NCBI GenBank assembly: GCA_016929735.1
Contig: JAFGID010000185.1
Location: 1-43,557 of the forward strand
Direction of reading: 5' to 3'
DNA length: 43,557 bases
DNA from: Ignavibacteriales bacterium
GTDB taxonomy: Bacteria > Bacteroidota > Ignavibacteria > Ignavibacteriales > Melioribacteraceae
This document shows, one piece after another, positions 9,948 through 17,142 of the stretch. Positions within the stretch are counted from its first letter, which is position 1; each line of letters opens with the position of its first letter. The notes under the pieces are model-generated. The model saw nothing but the letters and a program-made list of their open reading frames with translations. It ran no database searches and was not told the origin of the DNA. Made by a program: the position numbers and the translations under genes.

Positions 9948-11522
9948 ATGTTAAAAGGAATTTTAATCACACTATTTGCAACAGTTGTTATTTTGATTTT
10001 TGCTAAATCACTTTATGATGAAGGTGAGCAAAATATCAAACTTGAGGAACTAAAACAAAAATATTCGTTAAGAAAGACACCTTCTGTTGACCATTCTAGA
10101 CTGTCTGAATTAAAAAAGAATTTTCGCACACCGCAAGATGTAACTGAAGCATGTAATTCGTGTCATACAGAAAGGCACAAGGAAATTATGTCATCATCTC
10201 ATTGGAATTGGGAACGGGTCTCTTATGTAGAAGGAAGAGGAATAAGATATTCAGGTAAGAGGAATGTCATCAATAATTATTGCATTGGTGCTAGCTCGAA
10301 TGAACTTGCTTGTGCAAGTTGTCATATAGGATTCGGGATGACTAACGATGAATTTGATTTTAAAAATGCCAGGAATGTTGATTGTATGGTTTGCCACGAT
10401 AATAGCGAGGAATATATTAAAGCATCCGCATTGGCAGGCTACCCGGATAGAACGGTGAATCTTACCAAAGTTGCACAAAGTGTTGGATTGCCAAATAAGA
10501 GCAATTGTGGTGCCTGTCATTTTTATAGTGGCGGAGGCAACAACGTAAAGCATGGTGACCTTGAAGAAGCGTTATTTGATTGCAACCGGGATGTTGATGT
10601 TCATATGGCTTCAAATGGAATGGATATGGTTTGCACTGATTGCCATACTGCAGATAAGCATCAGATGCTTGGGAAATTATATTCCGTTTCTTCAGAAAAC
10701 ATTAATCGTTCAAGCTGCGAACAATGTCATACGAACACACCTCATCAGGATAGAATTATAAATTTGCATAATGCAAAAGTAACTTGTCAGGCATGTCATA
10801 TTCCAATTTACGCAAAAGTAAATGCGACAAAAATGGAGTGGTATTGGTCAGAAGCGGGTGACTTAAAAAACAGTGAACCTTATTTTATCGAAGATAGCAT
10901 GGGCAATCATTCATATCTTTCGATAAAAGGAAGATTTGTTTGGAAGAAAAATGTTAAACCGGATTATATATGGTTTAATGGAACTGCCGATCATTATATA
11001 ATAGGTGATACAATTAAAACAGAACCTTTGATTCTAAATCCACTCTACGGTTCTTATGAAGACAAGGATTCAAAATTATATCCGGTTAAAATTCACATTG
11101 GCGACCAGATTTATGATACCAAATATAAAATGCTAATTCAACCAAAACTTTTTTCAGTTGAAAAAGGTGACAGTGGTTTCTGGGGAGACTTTAACTGGAA
11201 ATTGGCTTGCGAAGCAGGAATGAGAATAGTTGGTCTGCCTTTTAGCGGTGAATATGGTTTTGTAAAGACGGAAATGTATTGGCCGGTCAATCATATGGTC
11301 AGTCCAAAGGAACAAGCCGTTACTTGTAATGAATGTCATACCAGAAATAACGGAAGATTGGTAAATGTTACTGGATTTTATTTGCCGAGTAGGGATAAAA
11401 ACAATTTTGTTGATATATTGGGGATTTTAGCAATTGTGTTTTCTATCCTTGGTGTTATTGCTCATGGTGGAATAAGAACTTATCTTGCAATTAAAAACAA
11501 AAGAATAAATATTAACTTTTAA
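9948..11522 (+). CDS. Octaheme c-type cytochrome, tetrathionate reductase (OTR) family, with a C-terminal TM anchor
   Basis: Eight CxxCH motifs: CNSCH, CASCH, CMVCH, CGACH, CTDCH, CEQCH, CQACH, CNECH. Has an N-terminal hydrophobic signal or anchor and a C-terminal hydrophobic helix ILGILAIVFSILGVIAHGG followed by basic residues. Confidence 0.8.
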   Translation: MLKGILITLFATVVILIFAKSLYDEGEQNIKLEELKQKYSLRKTPSVDHSRLSELKKNFRTPQDVTEACNSCHTERHKEIMSSSHWNWERVSYVEGRGIRYSGKRNVINNYCIGASSNELACASCHIGFGMTNDEFDFKNARNVDCMVCHDNSEEYIKASALAGYPDRTVNLTKVAQSVGLPNKSNCGACHFYSGGGNNVKHGDLEEALFDCNRDVDVHMASNGMDMVCTDCHTADKHQMLGKLYSVSSENINRSSCEQCHTNTPHQDRIINLHNAKVTCQACHIPIYAKVNATKMEWYWSEAGDLKNSEPYFIEDSMGNHSYLSIKGRFVWKKNVKPDYIWFNGTADHYIIGDTIKTEPLILNPLYGSYEDKDSKLYPVKIHIGDQIYDTKYKMLIQPKLFSVEKGDSGFWGDFNWKLACEAGMRIVGLPFSGEYGFVKTEMYWPVNHMVSPKEQAVTCNECHTRNNGRLVNVTGFYLPSRDKNNFVDILGILAIVFSILGVIAHGGIRTYLAIKNKRININF

Positions 11523-11531
11523 TAGAATAAA

Positions 11532-12155
11532 ATGAAAAAAGTTTTGATTTACAAACGTTTCGAACGTTTCTGGCATTGGAGTCAGGCGACTCTAATAATT
11601 TTTCTCGGCATTACTGGCTTCGAAGTACACGGCTCACTTGAAATTTTCGGTTTTGAAAAAGCTGTTTTGTATCACAGAATAGCAGCATATTTATTGATTG
11701 CATTAATTATGTTTGCAATTTTCTGGCATATTACTACTGGTGAATGGCGGCAATATATTCCTTCATTTAAAAATTTAAGGGCTCAGATTCAATATTATAC
11801 AAAAGGAATATTTAAGAATGAACCACATCCAACAAAAAAAACAACTTTGTCAAAACTTAATCCGCTTCAAGCATTGACATATCTAATGTTCAAAGTAGTT
11901 CTTATACCTTTGGTTGTTATTACAGGATTGCTTTATATGTACCATCGAACTATTGATGATAATAATGTCGTTGTAGTGAGTGATATCGATTTAGAGTTAA
12001 TAGCAGTTCTACATACATTGGGAGCATTTTTATTAATTGCATTTTTGATTGTTCATGTTTATATGACCACTACTGGAACAACACCTACATCGAATATTAA
12101 GGCAATGTTAACTGGTTATGAAGAATTAGAAGAAGAGGAGAAAAACGATGAATGA
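11532..12155 (+). CDS. Membrane di-heme cytochrome b (FdnI/PhsC/HydC-like quinone-interacting subunit)
   Basis: Opens with RFERFWHWSQA. Four TM helices carry conserved His residues (HW, YHR, HTLG...VHVY). It starts 9 nt after the cytochrome c stop. Confidence 0.75.
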   Translation: MKKVLIYKRFERFWHWSQATLIIFLGITGFEVHGSLEIFGFEKAVLYHRIAAYLLIALIMFAIFWHITTGEWRQYIPSFKNLRAQIQYYTKGIFKNEPHPTKKTTLSKLNPLQALTYLMFKVVLIPLVVITGLLYMYHRTIDDNNVVVVSDIDLELIAVLHTLGAFLLIAFLIVHVYMTTTGTTPTSNIKAMLTGYEELEEEEKNDE

Positions 12156-12666
12156 AAGAAAATATATGAATCCATATCTTGCTGGGGTTCTGTTGGGAAT
12201 ATTATTATTGTTAACTATTTACATTACAGGCAGAGGACTTGGGGCAAGTGGTGGAGTTAAAAGTTTTGTTGCAGGAGCTGTGAAAGTTATTGTTCCATCG
12301 CACTATGACAACACAAAATTTTATCAACAATTGGAAGCAGAAAGTCCGGGAGGACCTTTCAAAGCATGGTTGGGCCTTGAAATATTAGGTGTTCTTATTG
12401 GTGCATTCATCTCTGGGGCAATATCAAACAGATTGGCTTTGAAATTAGAAAAAGGGCCAAGGGTAACAAATAAAATGAGATTGATTGCTGCTGCTATAGG
12501 TGGTTTTCTGTTTGGTCTCGGTGCTTTGATTGGTAGAGGATGCACAAGTGGTGCTGCCTTGAGTGGTATGGCAGTTATGTCGCTTGGTGGCATTTTAACA
12601 ATGTTTGCAATTTTCGGCTCGGCTTATGCAGTCGCTTTTTTTGTAAGAAAATTATGGATTAAATAA
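12148..12666 (+). CDS. YeeE/YedE family sulfur-compound transporter, N-terminal half-size protein
   Basis: Four TM segments and the sulfur-transport motif GRGCTSGAALSGM. It overlaps the cytochrome b gene by 8 nt. Confidence 0.8.
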   Translation: MNERKYMNPYLAGVLLGILLLLTIYITGRGLGASGGVKSFVAGAVKVIVPSHYDNTKFYQQLEAESPGGPFKAWLGLEILGVLIGAFISGAISNRLALKLEKGPRVTNKMRLIAAAIGGFLFGLGALIGRGCTSGAALSGMAVMSLGGILTMFAIFGSAYAVAFFVRKLWIK

Positions 12667-12667
12667 T

Positions 12668-13867
12668 ATGGGACCATTAGTACCTGAAGTATTTAGCAAT
12701 GAATTTAATTTAATCATTGCTTTCGTAGTGGGGATTTGTTTTGGTTTTATTCTTGAACAAGCCGGTTTTTCTTCAACAAGAAAATTAGTTGGATTATTTT
12801 ACGGATATGATTTTACGGTTCTAAAAGTGTTCTTTACTGCAGGTGTTACTGCAATGCTCGGAGTAATTTTATTTTCTCATCTCGGATGGTTAGATTTAAG
12901 TTTGATTTATATTAACCCAACTTTTCTATATTCTGCAATAATCGGTGGTTTAATAATGGGACTTGGATTTATTATTGGTGGGTTCTGTCCTGGAACAAGT
13001 TTTTGTGCTTTGGCAATTGGAAAAATTGATGCTCTTGCATTTGTAATTGGTAGTGCTGTTGGAGTTCTCGCGTTTATGGAAGGATATCCATTATTGGAAG
13101 GTTTGTACAAAGCGGAAAATTGGGGCTCAATTACCTTCCCGCAAATCTTGAATATTTCACCTGTTTTATTTGCTTTGACCATGACGTTGATGGCAATTGG
13201 TGCGTTTTATTTTACTACAAAAATTAAAAAGAAAGTCAATAAGGATAAAACTGAATTAAGTAAAAAACAAATCAGGGGAATTATTGGTTTTGCTATTGTT
13301 CCATTTATAATTTTATTTTATGTTGGAATTACACCAAGTTGGAAAGAGTCCATTTATACCCAGATTTGTAATGAAGAAATACTACAAAAATGTAATTTTC
13401 AAAAGATTTCAACTGATAAGTTAGCCTATGAATTGGTCAACAATTATTACAAAATAAATTTAATTGATGTTAGAACACCTGAAGAATACAAAGAATTTCA
13501 TTTGCCATTAGCGATAAATATTCCGTTAGACAGTATGTTGAATCGTGAATGGAGTGGACTATTCAATCAGGATTTGAAGAAGAATATTTTTTATGCTGAT
13601 ACAATATGCAATGCTAATCGTGCTTGCATTATAGCTAAAAATATTGGAGACTCAGATAATTATATTTTAGTAGATGGTCCATATACATTTCATAATTTAA
13701 TTTTTATTCCTACAAATCCCGGTGGCAATTCATCAAAAGAAGAATTGATGACATATAAGTTTCGGTTACAGGCTGGAAATGATATATTGGAATTGCAGAA
13801 AAAATTGAAGAATATTGGTTCTACCGAAAAAAAACAAGTCAGGAAAGTCAAAGGAGGCTGTGGCTAA
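12668..13867 (+). CDS. YeeE/YedE second half fused to an extra TM helix, a rhodanese-like domain and a C-terminal GGCG tail
   Basis: GGFCPGTSFCALA motif in the transporter half, then a K-rich loop KIKKKVNKDKTELSKKQIR and one more TM segment. The rhodanese-like segment follows (LIDVRTPEEYKEFHLPLAINIPL ... IFYADTICNANRAC). The protein ends in RKVKGGCG. It starts 1 nt after the previous stop. Confidence 0.75.
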   Translation: MGPLVPEVFSNEFNLIIAFVVGICFGFILEQAGFSSTRKLVGLFYGYDFTVLKVFFTAGVTAMLGVILFSHLGWLDLSLIYINPTFLYSAIIGGLIMGLGFIIGGFCPGTSFCALAIGKIDALAFVIGSAVGVLAFMEGYPLLEGLYKAENWGSITFPQILNISPVLFALTMTLMAIGAFYFTTKIKKKVNKDKTELSKKQIRGIIGFAIVPFIILFYVGITPSWKESIYTQICNEEILQKCNFQKISTDKLAYELVNNYYKINLIDVRTPEEYKEFHLPLAINIPLDSMLNREWSGLFNQDLKKNIFYADTICNANRACIIAKNIGDSDNYILVDGPYTFHNLIFIPTNPGGNSSKEELMTYKFRLQAGNDILELQKKLKNIGSTEKKQVRKVKGGCG

Positions 13868-13933
13868 TTTGTATTTGGAACAGAGGGTTAATTAGCAAGT
13901 ATAAGAGCGATAAAATTAAAATATTTAGTAGTT

Positions 13934-15187
13934 ATGAAACAAATCAAATATCTAATATTTATAATTCCCATATTATTATATGGACAAAATAAAATTTTGA
14001 TATATATGGATTTTGAACAGACAGACCATTTGAAAGCATATGGAATTACATATAGTGCATTGAAAGATGGCGCAATTGCGGATTGGTTGTTGAATTATAG
14101 AGGGGGTTCATTTTTAATTGATTATTCCGAAGAACTTGCCTTGAAATGCAGATTAAAAAATGTTTCCTTTGAAGTTGTAACAAGTCAGCAGGTAGTTGAT
14201 TTATATGCTCTGGTCCAGAGTGAGGAACAAAATATGGAAGTAGTCCGATTGGAAAAAGCTCCAAACATTGGAGTATATGTTCCGTCTACTTTCGATCCAT
14301 GGGATGATGCAGTTACTTTAGTGCTTGAATACGCAGAGGTTCCTTATGACAAATTGTGGATTGAAGAAATCTTAAGAGGGGATTTGGAAAAATATGATTG
14401 GCTTCATCTTCATCATGAAGATTTTACGGGGCAGTATGGAAAATTTTACGCAAGTTTTTACAATGCCCAGTGGTATATTGACCAGCAATTACAATACGAA
14501 AATCAAGCAAAAAAATTAGGATTCAAAAAAGTATCAGAGATGTTATTAGCTGTCGTTTTAACAATTAAGCAATATGTAGGGCAGGGAGGGTTTTTATTTG
14601 CGATGTGTTCTGCAACTGATGCTTTTGATATTTCACTTTCCGCACATAATGTTGACTTCATTGAAAAAATGTATGATGGTGATGCTGCAGACCCCGATGC
14701 ACAAAAAAAATTAGATTTCAATAATACTTTTGCTTTTGAAAATTTCAAGTTGGAAATGAATCCAATGATATATGAGTATTCTAATATTGATATTCTACCA
14801 CATGAAATTGGTAACCAAAATAATGATTATTTTACATTATTTGAATTTTCTGCAAAGTATGATCCAGTACCAACTATGCTTATACAAAATCACGTAGGAA
14901 TAATAAAAGGTTTCATGGGACAAACAACTATGTTTCGAAAAAGTGTTATTAAAAAATCTGTTTATATTTTAGCGGAAAGAGCAGGAACTGATCAGGTTAA
15001 ATATATTCATGGAAATTATGGCAGGGGAACATTTACATTCTATGGAGGACATGATCCCGAGGATTATCAGCATTTAGTAGGTGACCCACCAACCGAGTTA
15101 GATATTCATAAAAATTCACCCGGATATCGTTTAATTCTAAATAACATTCTCTATCCAGCGGCGAAAAAGAAAAAGCAAAAAACTTGA
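13934..15187 (+). CDS. Secreted conserved hypothetical protein, possibly with a class-I amidotransferase/ThuA-like fold
   Basis: Has a signal peptide. GGFLFAMCSATD resembles a nucleophile-elbow Cys and the C-terminus is lysine-rich. The functional assignment is weak. Confidence 0.4.
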   Translation: MKQIKYLIFIIPILLYGQNKILIYMDFEQTDHLKAYGITYSALKDGAIADWLLNYRGGSFLIDYSEELALKCRLKNVSFEVVTSQQVVDLYALVQSEEQNMEVVRLEKAPNIGVYVPSTFDPWDDAVTLVLEYAEVPYDKLWIEEILRGDLEKYDWLHLHHEDFTGQYGKFYASFYNAQWYIDQQLQYENQAKKLGFKKVSEMLLAVVLTIKQYVGQGGFLFAMCSATDAFDISLSAHNVDFIEKMYDGDAADPDAQKKLDFNNTFAFENFKLEMNPMIYEYSNIDILPHEIGNQNNDYFTLFEFSAKYDPVPTMLIQNHVGIIKGFMGQTTMFRKSVIKKSVYILAERAGTDQVKYIHGNYGRGTFTFYGGHDPEDYQHLVGDPPTELDIHKNSPGYRLILNNILYPAAKKKKQKT

Positions 15188-15273
15188 ATAGTAATAATTG
15201 ATGAGTGATTAATCCTTAGTGAATAATCTTATTTTTTTTGAAACCATTCTTATAACATAATATCAAAACAACT

Positions 15274-15924
15274 ATGAAATTTATTAAAATTGAAGAAAAA
15301 GAATTACCTGTAAATAAAATTGTGTGTCTGGGAAGAAATTATTTTGGACATATTAAAGAAATGGGACACGAAAAAAATCCCGACCCTGTAATATTTTTAA
15401 AACCATCCTCATCACTAATTTTTTCTGGTGACAGTGTAATTAAACCCGACTTTACAAACAATCTACATTATGAGGTCGAATTGGTTTTAGTAATAGGAGA
15501 AAAAATAAAAAATGCTAATGATGAAATTGCAAATTCGGCGGTGGTGGGTTATGCTGTCGGTTTGGATATGACTTGCAGAGATTTGCAATCTGATGCGATA
15601 AAGAGAGGAGAACCATGGACGTTATCTAAATGCTTTGATACTTCTGCTGTTATTTCAGATATAACGCCAATTAACAAATATAAAGTTAATGGAAGCGAAA
15701 GCATCTCTTTGTATTTAAATAATGAATTAAGACAATCATCAACCTTAAGTAAGATGATTCTAAATCCGGTTGAAGTAATTAAATTTATCTCATCAAAGAT
15801 TACAATAGAACCGGGTGATTTGATTTTTACTGGAACGCCAGAAGGGGTTGGACAAGCTAACATCGAAGATGAAATATTTGCATCAATTGAAAATATCGGT
15901 GAATTGAAAACAAAAATTATTTAA
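15274..15924 (+). CDS. Fumarylacetoacetate hydrolase (FAH) family protein
   Basis: Motifs LGRNYFGHIKEMG, FLKPSSSLI, HYEVELVLVIG, GYAVGLDMTCRDLQ, PWTLSKCFDTS and PGDLIFTGTPEGVG. Confidence 0.88.
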   Translation: MKFIKIEEKELPVNKIVCLGRNYFGHIKEMGHEKNPDPVIFLKPSSSLIFSGDSVIKPDFTNNLHYEVELVLVIGEKIKNANDEIANSAVVGYAVGLDMTCRDLQSDAIKRGEPWTLSKCFDTSAVISDITPINKYKVNGSESISLYLNNELRQSSTLSKMILNPVEVIKFISSKITIEPGDLIFTGTPEGVGQANIEDEIFASIENIGELKTKII

Positions 15925-15944
15925 TATAAATTAAGGATATTATT

Positions 15945-16181
15945 ATGCCCGTATTTGAATACCAGTGTAAAGAATGTAGCACAAAATTTGAAATACTTCA
16001 CAAATCAAGTGTAAATCAAGAGGAAATTATTTGTCCCAAATGCAATTCACGAAATGCAAAAAAACTCTTTTCAACCTTTAGTGCTTCAATGGAAACATCC
16101 GGCAGTAGTTGTGAAAGTGGAAATTGTGGATTAGCTAATAACTATCCAAGTTGCGCCAATGGAATGTGTGGATTGAATTGA
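15945..16181 (+). CDS. FmdB-family zinc-ribbon protein (CxxC_CxxC_SSSS type)
   Basis: MPVFEYQCKEC...CPKC N-terminal zinc ribbon and a Cys/Gly/Ser-rich tail. 78 aa. Confidence 0.8.
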   Translation: MPVFEYQCKECSTKFEILHKSSVNQEEIICPKCNSRNAKKLFSTFSASMETSGSSCESGNCGLANNYPSCANGMCGLN

Positions 16182-16196
16182 TAAAGAATTTTTACC

Positions 16197-16263
16197 TCGA
16201 CTTCGCTCGGTAAACATTAGGAAATCTAGATTGTTGAGCGAAGTCGAAACAATCTATGTTTTT
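16197..16263. terminator. Intergenic element with two mutually exclusive hairpins between convergent genes
   Basis: Perfect 12-bp arms tcgacttcgctc (16197-16208) and gagcgaagtcga (16236-16247). A second 9-bp hairpin, tagattgtt (16227-16235) / aacaatcta (16248-16256), uses the first hairpin's right arm as its loop and is followed by tgttttt. Confidence 0.5.
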
Positions 16264-17074
16264 AAATAAACAATACTAAACTCACGGCCATAACAACCAT
16301 CCCGATTATCATACCGAAAATTGATAAATGATGTTCTCCAAATTCTCTTGCAGAGGGGAGGAGCTCATCTAATGAAATGTAAATCATTATTCCTGCGACT
16401 GAAGAAAAGACAAGTCCAAAAACAAGGTCACTCATAAATTGATAAATAATAAAATATCCTACTAATGCTCCAATTGGTTCTGCTAAGCCGGATAAAAAGG
16501 AATAACCGAATGCTTTCTTTTTGTTTCCAGTGGCGTAAAAAATTGGAATTGATACTGCTATTCCTTCAGGTATGTTGTGAATTGCAATTGCAACTGCAAT
16601 TGGAATACCGATAGACAAATCTTTTAATGCTGCAATAAATGTAGCGAGTCCTTCGGGAAAGTTATGTATCCCTATTGCAAGTGCAGTAAATAAACCTGTG
16701 CGAAGTAATTTTCTATTTTTATCAGCACTTGCAATTTTTTGGACCTCTTCAACCTTATGAATTTCGTGTGGGTTTTCACCGGTTGGAATGACTTTATCAA
16801 TTATGCCGATAAGAAATATTCCTCCAAAAAATCCTGCTATTGTTAACCAGTTGCCAGCGGATTCACCGTAGGAACATATTAAGGTATCTTTTGCTTTCGA
16901 AAATATTTCAACTAATGAAACGTAAATCATCACACCGGCAGAAAAGCCGAGAGCAAATGATAAAAATTTTATGTTTGTTTGTTTAGTGAAAAATGCAAGA
17001 ATACTTCCAATTCCAGTTGATAATCCGGCAAATAGGGTTAATAGAAAAGCAAGTAAAAGATTTTCTTCGTTCAT
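16262..17074 (-). CDS. zupT: ZIP-family zinc transporter ZupT
   Basis: A 270-aa polytopic protein with [10 protein letters not shown] and [12 protein letters not shown] motifs and a layout typical of ZupT. Confidence 0.88.
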   Translation of the reverse strand: MNEENLLLAFLLTLFAGLSTGIGSILAFFTKQTNIKFLSFALGFSAGVMIYVSLVEIFSKAKDTLICSYGESAGNWLTIAGFFGGIFLIGIIDKVIPTGENPHEIHKVEEVQKIASADKNRKLLRTGLFTALAIGIHNFPEGLATFIAALKDLSIGIPIAVAIAIHNIPEGIAVSIPIFYATGNKKKAFGYSFLSGLAEPIGALVGYFIIYQFMSDLVFGLVFSSVAGIMIYISLDELLPSAREFGEHHLSIFGMIIGMVVMAVSLVLFI

Positions 17075-17086
17075 ATTTATTTAAAT

Positions 17087-17121
17087 GTTAGAGGTCAGAC
17101 GTCAAATGTCAGGCGCCAGAC
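17087..17121. repeat. Array of five degenerate heptamers (GTTAGAG GTCAGAC GTCAAAT GTCAGGC GCCAGAC)
   Basis: Read directly from the sequence. It is a GC-rich, 7-nt-periodic tract filling the spacer between the M28-PDZ peptidase stop (17143) and the zupT start (17074). Confidence 0.7.
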
Positions 17122-17142
17122 AAAAAGTATTTTATTAAATTT

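Noticed and set aside
10251-10761. ORFs of 100 aa (-) and 69 aa (+, other frame) inside the octaheme cytochrome gene
   Set aside because: The main frame carries eight CxxCH motifs across this region. The alternative frames show no features.
12324-13182. Two Pro/Ala/Ile-rich minus-strand ORFs (89 and 91 aa) inside the YeeE genes
   Set aside because: They are mirror images of Gly/Ala-rich TM-helix codons and have no independent support.
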